Source of the DNA: Azolla caroliniana
Taxonomy: Eukaryota; Plantae; Polypodiophyta
DNA: 64,000 nucleotides
Reading direction: 5' to 3'
NCBI GenBank assembly: GCA_043228905.1
Contig: JBHGNT010000001.1
Span: forward strand, 31,186,001-31,250,000
Shown piece after piece: positions 10,423 to 21,900 of the stretch; the first letter of the stretch is position 1, and each line of letters begins with the position of its first letter. The notes beneath the pieces are model-generated. The model was not told the origin of the DNA. It did no database searches and saw only the letters and a program-made list of their open reading frames with translations. Both the position numbers and the translations under genes were made by a program.

Positions 10423-12751
10423 TTATTGTTTCCACCTCGGATGGGTGACAAACTGTGACTGACGTTGTTTCCTTAGGGTTGCAAACCTTGAGTCCAAAGT
10501 TTGTAGCTTCTTAAAAGCTCCAATAACCTGGTAATAGTAATCATATAATCAAGAAAAGTGCAATTCAGATATGTAAGAAATCATTGCTGATATACTAACT
10601 TACCTTGTTTGAACCCTCAGTTGTTTGAGTAAGTGTTTTCCGTAATGGTGGAGATCTCCACATTGTTGAATGCCTTCTATCTACCCTCATACTGTAGAAA
10701 AGTTAAAAAACCTTTAATCTTCAAAACTCTGCACAATGAAGTTATACTTTTATTGCTTTCAAAATGGATACCAACAATCCTAGAGGAAAATGGAGATTTA
10801 GTTCATCCCGACAATAAAGATCGATCACCATGAGGTCCTCTAAAACAATGTCATCCATCCAATAAATGTAATGTGTTCTTTACACAGACGAACATTCAAA
10901 TGATTGGGTTCAACATCAAATCACACATTAAATCCTGAATATTGATGTGCTACCTCTCAACCGATTCAGACTTTGAGATGCAATATCTAGCTTCCTATTC
11001 ACAGCAATATCTAACATTTGAAAATGTTGCATATTCATCGCAAGCACAATGTTATCCAGTATAACTATCCACACATAGAAGTCATTCGATAATATGTTGC
11101 CATACCCCTGTCAAACCTAGAGAAGAGAAAAAAAATGTGTTGCATTTTCTGATGTAGTCAGTAGCAATGCCTACTGAATGTATAAGTCCTGGATCCCTGA
11201 AGAGGCCTACCACGGTGACAGATACTCAGGTATTTCTCCACTATTCAGAACTCAACTAACAAGTAAACGTCATTATCTGGATGTGGAGTCTTTACATTGT
11301 ATATGAAGCCATTGCATCGTGCTGAATAATTGATTCTGTGTAATAACTCACTTAGTTAACTGAGAGACATGTGATATCTTCGAATTCTGTCCCGGAGTGT
11401 CACTTGGATGCGTAGTTCCTTTCAGAGTCTTCCTGGAAACAAATTCAATGATATTTCTAAGATATGAACCTTGTCGATATATATGTAACTCCTTGTTGAT
11501 GGATCTTCTTGGGATACAAGTACCTTAACCATCTATTTGATAAAGTGTTAATATTGTTGGATAAAGCTTGCTGAGCAGCCACTTTGGTTTCTATGAAATT
11601 AAAACTTCCATTGCGAGATCTTGACTCAGAGAATTTTCCCTGCTCATTTGTAATGATCAAATTTTAAGTTATAAATTCCTTCTGTCATGAATCACAATCA
11701 AACAAGCTAGTAACCCTGTTTTGCACCAGTTCATATTATAAAGAAAGGTACAAAGCTCCATAAATTCCTTTAAACACCTGACGAATTGCAGAGGACCGCG
11801 CTGATATAATTCCTTGTACAAAATCTTTCCTTAGTTTTACATTTCTCCTCTGATTCTCTTCTCTAATCAGTTGTCGTTTTCTCTGGTAAAGGCTCTGGGG
11901 GTGATCTTGTGGTTCTTGACTTTGCCCATTAAAGGATTTCTTATTTGTGTCTTTTATCTGACCATATAGTGGAAATTCTATGATCAGGCTCCAATAAAAT
12001 TGCTCTTTCCTTCAAAAATATCACGTCAAAGACATGGAATATAGATATTACTTACCTTAGACTGATTGTGCCGAATGACCTTCCCTTTGGATTGCCTGAT
12101 GATATCATCTGCAATACAAAAGCCAAAATTGCAACAAGAAATATTTTTTACAATAGAGTATTAAGTTTGTTGATTCAAGTTTATGAAATGTTAAGATCAA
12201 TAATTTGTGTGAATAGATTCTTTATGTAAAGTATACAAATTCAGAAAGAACAAACTGGATTGCAACCAATGCAACAAAAATAACATCAAAGGAAGTTTTC
12301 TGATTTTCGTAAGATTTTGAAGGATGATATTCCCTTTTTTAAGAGGATTGTGATGAAAACTAGTAACTTATTTCGATGGTCAATCTAGAAATTTAAATCA
12401 ATGGGAAGGATTGATTTGATACTAAAGGTGTTATGCATTTTTTGTTTCGTAAGATTGATGAAAGATGCTTTATATTCTCTGAATAGGCGCAATGCAAATC
12501 CATAAGGGTAGAAAGAGTCGAAAGAAGAGATTTTTTGAGAAGCGTTTTGATGAGATCCATAAAAAAAGGATCAGCAAGGCAGCATATAACAAGAATAGAT
12601 TTCTTGAGAAGTGCAGATAACTTTGACAGTTATATATCAACAAGGCAGCATATTTTGGTTATAAGGACATACGTAGGAATTACTTACCAAGCGACATATC
12701 GACCTTGCGCTCGATGCTATCCATGTTGAACTTCAGAGCTGAGGAAGACAT
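10423..12751 (-). CDS. UIEF: UAP56-interacting mRNA export factor (UIEF-like; N-terminal DMSLDDII motif, C-terminal TLDSRF motif)
   Basis: Exons 12751-12688 (MSSSALKFNMDSIERKVDMSL), 12108-12056 (DDIIRQSKGKVIRHNQSK), 11957-11778 (IK...ARSSAIRQ), 11639-11524 (GKFSESRSRN...), 11432-11352, possibly 11240-11211, ~10691-10604, 10527-10423 (VIGAFKKLQTLDSRFATLRKQR...*). Matches the remembered plant UIEF pattern MDMSLDEII / SRSxxRQG / KTLDSRFA. Middle exons are uncertain. Confidence 0.8.
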
Positions 12752-14212
12752 AGCCAAAGCGATGGCGAAGCGAAGAAGAAGAAGAAAGAAAGATCGAAAT
12801 AAAGAAGGATTGACCACCACATTCGTTGATGCTGCTGCCTGCACATTTGGTTTCACACTTGTCCGGACAAAACGCGACAGCCAGTCCTTTCACACCCACC
12901 AGTTCGGACACCCTCAAGATTGAACGGCCTAGCTGGGACAACATTACAATAAAAGAAAGTATCGTTTATGTCTCTCTATTGGACGACACCAATGAGACCA
13001 AACATGTGCATGCACACACGCATGGGCTTTATGGCCTCCTCGATAAACGAAACAGAAAGCACCAGCATAAACCCTTGCCTGACCAACCAAAACCTTTGAA
13101 AATGTTTGTTTAGGCATGTCTTTCACTTAAAACAACCGTGAATGGATTCACCGTTGGCCTCTTTGGCACGTCGAACTTGCATGGGTTCACCGGTGTTAGA
13201 ACACAGTCCACAAAAAACAGCATAGGTTAGATGTCATTGAGGGAACATGGTAAGCCCATATTCATTTGTGCATCCGTAAGGGCTAGGCATGTAACGAGGT
13301 ATGGGTGGAGAAAGACCCGAAAAGCAAGGGTTGAGCCTGTTTAGATAAGAGTATGTGACTTGACTTTTTGAATCAAATTGAATTGAAAGGTGGTAAATTG
13401 GCACAAATCGATTTATTGAAGGAAGCATAAAGGCTTTAAGTAGCAACACGAGGCGCAAAATAGCGTTCTAAGAAAGATGAACAACCTACCGCCTTTTTTT
13501 CATAACATTGCAATGGTACAAAAGTGTGGAGATTTGGAAATAAATTGGCTCTGCAAACTAGTAGTCACAAGATTGGCTACAAACATTGACAATGATTGGG
13601 CTTCTTTCCATACCAAGTTGATGATAAACTATAACATTACATAATAATGATACCTCAAAAGGCCATGTGAAAGTGACACTTGCAGTTGGAGGTTCGAGGG
13701 CTCTTAGACCTCGGAACCTTGACAAGGGTTTGGGATTCTTCCCGGATTGAGTTGATGAGAAAACTATCTTTAAAATGTCGCCCATTCACACAACCATCAA
13801 AGAGTGGACGATGTCGCCAATAAATGCTTGACATTCGATTGAGACCTTCATGCGTTGGTAAAAAAGATGAGGAACCATGTGACCGAGCATGAAAAACCAT
13901 ACGGCTCTCTCCCCCTTTAACACACATGTCACCTAGAGACGTGTATGCCTATACATATATGTACATATACGTATGGGTGTCCATATACCTATGTATCCGG
14001 ACGCAAACGAGAACCCTTGACAACTAAACTAGAGGCCGACCCTAAACTTGGAGGCACCACCCAGCAGGCGCCAAGGGCATGTTATAGAAGTTACAGTAAA
14101 CGACATACATATATATATCATATATGTATGTATGTATGTATGTATGTATACGAGTTGTTTGTTATACATATATCACGCTGGCTTCGTTGGTGTCATTCCT
14201 TTCTCTTCAGAT

Positions 14213-15713
14213 ATGGCCCCTGCCACGACCTTCTCCCCTCCTGAGACCCTCCATTTCAACGTCGGCTCCACTGAATCTACAGCAGCAGCAGGTTTTCGTC
14301 TTCCTCTTTCCTTTTTTGTATACAAACATTCTTATGTATGTATGTATGTATGTATGTATGTATGTATGTATGTATGTATGTATGTATGTGTATATGTATG
14401 TAATATATCTGAGAGAACATGGTTAATATATATGTTAGAATGGGTTATTTCAATAGTTTTGCAAAAGGTTTCATTTTTCCACATCCACATACACGCATAC
14501 ATACATACATGTCACAGAACATGGTTTGGGCATTCCGTGAAACGAATCATTTCAAATTCTGCATAGGATGTGATGTTTTTCAAAGGGTTCGATAAATTTT
14601 TCCCATAATTCTAATGATTTTTTTTAGATGAACCGGTTTCCTCCTGAAGTTGATCAGGAGTAGTTGTTTCTCTGATGATTTGGTTAACATGATGGTTTTC
14701 TTCTTGTGTTTTTCTTACGGAAATCCTCGAACTAGGGTTTTCTTCTCTTATCTATTTCTATGATGATTTCAAAAGATAAGTTACAACTAGTTTTTTTTCT
14801 GAACATTAAACTCGAATTGCAGTGGCAGCCAAACTTGCCAAGAAAGTGAAGAAGCAACGTCTTCCTGTAAGTTAAAAAACATGTTATTCTTTGCTTTCAT
14901 TTTCACTCTCAATTAATATTTTCTTTTGTTTTCCTTTATATCCCAATAAATATGTTTTTCTTTTCTATCTTTTTTTGCGTGCAATGCAATTTTGCAGATA
15001 AAGGGATCATTTTGGAAGTCAATCAGAGGTCAGGCAGCAAAAGCTGCCACTCGTAAATCGATGCTTAATCGATCATCTTTGCTCCGCCAGGTAGAAAGTC
15101 CTTTTCACTATTTTTATCATCTAATGTTGTGTGGATGTAGTGGGAATTAACCTACATTTTTACACCCTAATGTGGTATGAAGGTGGTGAATAATTAACCT
15201 ATCTCTTTACTTTCTACTAATGTGGCAAGGAAATGATGGGATAACCTTCCTCTTTCTCACCTGATGTGGTATGGAAATGCTGGGAGTTAACCTTCTTTAA
15301 TAACTAATGTTGTACAGAAGTTGTGTAATTACCTTTTCTTTTACTACCTGATGTTTAATGGAAATGCTGGTAGTTAACCTTTCTTCGAGTTTAATTAAGA
15401 TTATACTGGAAGTGTGCATCTTCAACAGGGGCACATTTCATCTGTTTTTGAGTCAAAGAAACATTATTATATGGGTTTGATGGCTAAATGCTTCACATAA
15501 CATACGTTCTTACAAGCTTCTTTTAAGGTTATATTTTAGGTTTGCATCAACAAGTGATAAAAGAGTTAGCTAGCCCAATGAGGTTGGAGACATGAAGGAA
15601 AACTTGAAGCTTTGTTTTTTCTGATTGGAGATTTCATCTCTTGTTTGCAGGGTAAATTTGCTGAAGCTAGGTCACGTAATACTGATGGAGAGCTGTCTAA
15701 TGAAACCAGGTAA
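14213..15713 (+). CDS. Divergently transcribed, shortened UIEF paralogue lacking the DMSLDDII motif (small protein or young pseudogene)
   Basis: Exons 14213-14291 (MAPATTFSPPETLHFNVGSTESTAAA), 14823-14866 (VAAKLAKKVKKQRLP), 14998-15090 (IKGSFWKSIRG...NRSSLLRQ), 15651-15709/15713 (GKFAEARSRNTDGELSNETR*). Same intron positions and phases (1,0,0) as the neighbour; RSSLLRQ|GKFAEARSRN vs RSSAIRQ|GKFSESRSRN. The 3' end is uncertain: TAA at 15711-15713 or a donor at 15710. Confidence 0.72.
14333..14401. repeat. (TATG)n microsatellite
   Basis: Long tetranucleotide run in intron 1 of the UIEF paralogue; shorter run at 14124-14149. Confidence 0.95.
15121..15385. repeat. Degenerate ~45-bp minisatellite, 6 copies, in intron 3 of the UIEF paralogue
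   Basis: Units start at 15121, 15167, 15217, 15261, 15304 and 15348; consensus CT(A/G)ATGT(G/T)GTATGGAAATG.TGG.A.TTAACCTT + pyrimidine tail. Confidence 0.85.
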
Positions 15714-18700
15714 AGCTTATTCAAGCACCTTGCTCAAATGTGAACTACAGACTTTCTATGTCTTGGTTTCCCAAAATTGTAAGAAGTTAATCTTTCATTT
15801 TGCCCCAGGGATTAAAGAAACTATTAAATCTTTCCTACTTGGATAGAAAGAATTTCAAGTGGGAAAAGCTAAAAGACATTTCTATCAAGATATATGAAAT
15901 ACAGTGTACATTTTTATCTAACTAATAGCTAATCTCTTGCTAGGCATATGGGGATTATCCCCTTCGTAGCATCCTTGTACTTATTTATCTAACAAATAGA
16001 TAATGTTCAATTGCCATATGGGGATTAGCCCGTTTTCGTAGTTTGTTACATGATTTTTAGGAATGTCTGTTTGACGATCAACAATACAATGAAGGAATAC
16101 TAACATGGATTTCATGCAATAAGTTAATTTTAACATAGCTTGTGAATGTGTATTGTGATCTGCATTCATGTCTCTGCAGGTTATTTTGTAGAAGTAAATT
16201 CCACTTATTTCCTCTGCATAGGACTGATGTGAAACTTAGTGCACTTGGCGTTGCTTTTTCTGAATGTTAAATGTATGAATCTTCATTTATTCTATGCCAT
16301 CAATGAATTGAATTAGGATGCCATAGCTGAAGCCAATGATATGCAAGGTATGATGTGGACCTATTATATCGATTCAGAGGCTGATTTTTAGTTATATTTT
16401 CCTGTTTAAAAAAGGTAGGAGTGTGCAATTGGTAGAGAAGACAATGGGACAAGACCCAGTTTAATATTTATATGGTTATTTCATTAACAATTCACAAGCC
16501 TGCCAGATAAATCAATCACATTGATTAATCTGCAATGGTATTAATCATGCTAATGCAAACACATTAAACCAAAGTGTTAAAATTATTGGCTGTTGCGTAT
16601 TTGTTTGAACAAGGTTGTAGTTTCATATTTTGGCACTTCGAATGGTTTTTTCACATATCCCACATAGACTCTCAATTTGTAACCGTTGCCCATTTTGATA
16701 CTACAGAAACACATATGTTCTTAATTGTCTCAGACATGGTGTGGTCACATGTACTTATGATTGTGATGTAAACATTGACTTTATGCTTATGTTTTGTATT
16801 CTCAATAATAGCGAGATCATTATTGAGGAAATTTGTAACTTATTGATAATCAATTATGTATCATATCAATTTGTTTATGGAAATAGCTCATTTTTATGGT
16901 GTGCACTCGTCACCTGTTTCAGCTCTATAACTGATAAGTCACTATTCAAATTCATATTGAAGAAAGAACAATTGTGTGGACACATCCATTTGTGATCAAC
17001 CATCTTAAATTCAGTTTGGTGAGAAATTGAAACGCAACAAGTGACTCCAGCAGTCCAATTCCTCTATTTTAAGGATCAAGAGATTATTTATTGCATTGTA
17101 CCAGCACATCTTGAGCATCCTTATAAGACATATGCTTATGTATAGAGATGTATTTACTTATATTTTTTTATGGAGGCTCAGTATTATGTGATTAGAGATT
17201 GGGGAGATTTTCTTTTCCTTGTTCCTGTTATTGTTCTTCTTCAGCTTAGGGTTTTTGGTTGAAGGATTTAGCTTGTAACGGAAATTGGTTTTTGGAGCTC
17301 ATTGTCCAGTGAAATGATTTCATGGGCATACATGCCCATCACAATATGATCCCACTGAAATTCATTTTTTCGACTGACCAACCCTATCCCTAACTCCCTT
17401 GTAATTGGGGGTATAACCACATACTCCTTGCTTCTTTTGTTTTTAACTTTTCCTGTTTTCCAATTTTATCTCAATCTATAATATCGTTCAGATCTTGAAA
17501 GGTTCTAGCTAATTCTGTATTGAGTATGAGGAAACATCTTCAATGCATCCTTAAGAGATTTATATCAGTGAGAAACATTATAAACACATTACAGCTTTTT
17601 GACTTTCAGTCTATACACATTGATACAATAGTGTTTAGCTATGAATGAATATATTGTAAGGGGGGCAATAAAGGTGTTACGAGTTGTACGCAATTAAGAC
17701 TTATTGCTACGATAATTATGGATTTATGTTTTTGTGCTTTTAGAATCTAGTATATAATATTAGCAATGCAATATTTTTTAAAACTCATTTTTGTGTGGGT
17801 CATATGGAGAAAACAACCTACGAAAATATGATAAAATGATATGTTTTCAAGGCATCACTAAAGCCCCTAAAACAATTAACCATTGAGGGTGTAGAAGAAC
17901 ATGGAAGTGCTCAAAATAGGCTAATGAAATCTAGCACATGGAGCAAATATCCATTTTATTTTCTTCATTGTAAGCCTCTCCATTTTATTTTCTCATAGGT
18001 TTCTAGGTTAATGTGAAGACATCGGCAGTTTCAAAAGCATGAAATTATGCACTATTTTGAAATTTTACATTTAGATAACATCATACTTTGTACCTTTACA
18101 AAGGTAAAGCTTTCAAGCTTACTCCCAAATGCAACAGTTGAAGTCTTTAAATTTGCCCTCGTAAGTTGTCTGTTTATTTTCCCTCCATACCATACAAAAA
18201 TATCATATTGTGCACAGAAATCATTATTCAAGCATACAAAACTCTAGTTTTGTGCACTTTTAGTCATTATTTCAATATTTGTGAAATCCTCACCTTTCAA
18301 ATTTCTACCATTTAACTCCTGATTTCCAACCGATCTTCTTTTCTTCTGCCATTCTTTCGTACATGCATTAAAGAAAATATGTCATTAAACATAAGCTTTG
18401 AATTATTTGCCTCTATTTTGAAGTGTTCTATCCGTAGCTCGACGTGGATTTTCTTATGAAGGATCCTAAAAGAGTCCAAAAAACTCTCCTAAAGAGCGAA
18501 GCGGGAAAAGAGTCTAGTTGAAGAAATGATATGAGAGGGAGAGAAAGAGAATAAATAAATAAATTTCAAGATTTCGAATAAGTAATGGAAGACATTTTGA
18601 ATGTCATGTCAAAACATTTGACACTAGGGGATGAATTGTACAATTTTGGATCTTGGTATAAAACAAAAGTTTCAAATTAATTACAAATTGTCTGCCAGTC

Positions 18701-18919
18701 AAAACTATAAGGAGTAGACACAAATTCACAATCACTCTAGCTTGTGGACCTTGTAGAGTAACTTTATAAGTGGGCTTTTTACCCTAAGATTGATGATAAA
18801 GAGTGAGACTACATTTAGCTCATAAAGACATCTATGGCCCCAAAAATGTATTTGGTGCATTCGCCTTAATAATGTTTACAACCTGCCGAGCTTTGATAGA
18901 AGTCAAATAGACTATATTG

Positions 18920-21900
18920 TCAAAACCTAATAAGGTCAGAAACAAGTTCATTGAAGAGGATGCGGAGTAGTGTCCGCTCAAGTGTGAACACAATGTGGTC
19001 GATTTCCGGTTGGAGTTCATTCCAACGAGATAAGTTGGTTGCAACAAGCCAATCAATGTCATCGACATGGAGCCATAGTTGTGTACCACGAGATGAATTG
19101 TCATGAAGGTTGTGGGGGTGGTGACTCCACCTTAGGATCCGATCATGGAGTCGACAAGCCAAAGTGCTACTAGGGCCCCGAAACCGACACGCGCCAGTAC
19201 CGCAATGCCACCATCGGCTTGGTCCTTCTTCCTCTTCATGCATCGCGTCTCTCACACAATCGAACACCAACCTACGATAGTCCCGAGTGGGGGGCCCACC
19301 GGGCCCCGTCCACATGGCAGGTCCAGGTGGGCCCACTCTAGCTTCTTCTTCTAATTTCTCGAACAAGACCGAATTGCTTCCGTTGCCCATGCCGCTCTCC
19401 TGCCACATGGCGCCCAGCACGGCGGCCACGTAATCGCGCTCGCTGCAAATGCGCCACGTGGCATGCGAGTCTGGGGACACGTCATCTCCGAAGGGCGGGC
19501 CCAGGACGGAGACCGGGCTGTGTAGTTGGAGGCCCAGGGAATCGGACGTCCCATCGCTTTCGTGGTCCTAAAAGAGATTTAATTTCGTAAATCAGTTCAA
19601 GAAAGAGCACCCCAAAAAATGCAAAATAAAAAACAATAAAGAGATTTAATTCAGTAAATCTGGAAAAAGAAAACGATTTATTTTCCCGGTTTTTCTCACC
19701 AATCTGGTTATGACATCGAAATAAATAAAAACAAATGAATGGGATAGAAATTGCTTTAGTGCGTGCGGGTGACAGATGAGAGTGTGTTCGGTTCTTCCCA
19801 CGTGCGAGCACAAAAAACACAGATTCTATTCGGCATTAAAAAACCAAGGTCGTGGTTAGTGTGTAACTTTACCCCTGGGGCGGATTCGGATGTTTTGTCA
19901 TCGTTAATTTTACATGCTTGGTTGGGACCATTAGATTGATCCGCTTTCCTCTCGTTCCATAGTTTTAAGTCTAGGGAGGCACCAAAACATTAGTTCACAA
20001 TGTTTGAGCATTAGTTAGGTAAGTCTAGGGAGGGTCGTCTAGACTCTAGACTCTAAAGTAGGGGGACATTCTAACCGAATATGCGTATGCACCACCACCA
20101 AATCTAACTTTTGTTTTCTTTCCTTCCTTCTTTTTTTTTTAAACCGACAAAAGAGCACCAAGATCCTCGCTGACAGCAACAGTGTAGTATGTGTACGGTA
20201 TGATTATGAGAGGGGGGGGGGCGAGGGTATTACGGTAATTTTTGGAAAGCTGTGGACGGGGGGGGGGGGGGGGGGGGGGGGGGCACTCTCGTGAGAAAAA
20301 AACAAAGGTTCTATTTGGTTTTTCTTTTTCTTTTTTTTTATTTGTACTAACCTTGGTGGTGGTGGTGGAACCGGCTGCTGGTCGCTGGCCTCCGGCATAG
20401 CTCTTCCCGGCCATTGGGGAGGACACTGCGGAGACAATGTCCCGCAATATGGCCGCCGCAGTGGTCTTCTTCACACGCCCCCCACCCGCCTTATGCCCGC
20501 ACACCTTCTCCCTTCCCATCATTATTATTCCACGATTACCACCATCTTCAGATCCCCATCCTTCTTCTGCATTCACACCTATTTTCTTCCTTTTTACAGT
20601 CCCACCGGATGATGCCGCCCCAGCCCATACTGGAGAATTCGTCACTACCATTGGCCGTGCTACCCTGCCTGAGGTGCAGGGAACCACAGCAGCTGACATA
20701 ATAGCGGTAGAGCTGGAGGAAGAATACAGCCCAGAATGACTGTAACTGTTATGTTGCTGCTGCCACCGACAATTACTGCTACTGCTAGTACTACTGACGG
20801 ATGAAGAGGAGCTCGATCGAACATTGCAGCTTACTCCGGTTGAATTGGAGTAAGAGATCTTTGATGAGGCCTCGGGGTAGCTACTGGTTGAGCTAGATGA
20901 GTACTCGCAGTGCTTATATCGATCATAATCATCATCATCTCCATCATTATCGTATGATACCTGAGGCTGATCCCCTCCATGCGTATATGGGAAGAACTGA
21001 TTAACGATCGGCGGTGGTACATATCCATAATCAGTGATTGATTTGCAGGACAGATTCGAGCCATATATGGACGACGAAGACGAGAAATTATTGTTGTAGC
21101 GATCATTATAAGGCTCATCATAACATCGCTTCCCTTTGATCACATTATAATTGACATCTGAATATTTCGCATCCACTTTCATCCTCCGCTGTTGCTTCTG
21201 CTTCTTCTTTTTCTTCTTTTTCTTCTTCTTCTTATTGGTATTGTAATAACTTCTGTTATAATAATCCCCAATTTCATCGTCTGATGAATCAGACTCTAGT
21301 AATCCAATATTGTTTATTATAATTATATTCCTCTGCAATTCCATTTTTACTTTATCCTTACCATTATAATATGTTGGTTGAGCTTCCACGTTCTTCTTCT
21401 TGGTCTTCTTGATATTCTTATAATTATGTGATCTCATCGAACCAGTGGCAGCCCTGAACATGCTTAGCTTTGCATCCAATTTTATCCTTCTTCTCTCTTT
21501 AATCATTGATGGCCATCCATTATCACTGTAATCACGATGCTTCTGATTATACTTATATTGCCCATCCATCATTATATCATTCTGAGGAGAATCATCTTCA
21601 TCCTCCTCCTCCGCCTGATCGTTATAATGTTCATTATTACTCCTTAAATCGATGTTATTATTAACGCAAGCCACATGGTGGATGTGTTGATCGTTAATTG
21701 TAACATCTCTGCAGGTCCTCCTATGGAGGAATGCTTCGGTAGTTTCAGTCAAGTCGTGGCACGCAACACTTTGCTCGAGCTTATTATTATAATAATTAGG
21801 GTTTATAGCAGATCTTGAGATCATATGATTAAAAGTATACTTCCGTGGCCGAGAGCTAGAATCTTCTTCCTTACCATTACGATAATTGAATGGCCGGTCA

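Noticed and set aside
14048-14566. 172-aa and 100-aa ORFs with VCMY repeats
   Set aside because: Products of (TATG)n microsatellites; only 14213-14291 is a plausible exon
15121-15385. Repeat array resembling CRISPR
   Set aside because: Eukaryotic intron, degenerate units without unique spacers, no cas genes
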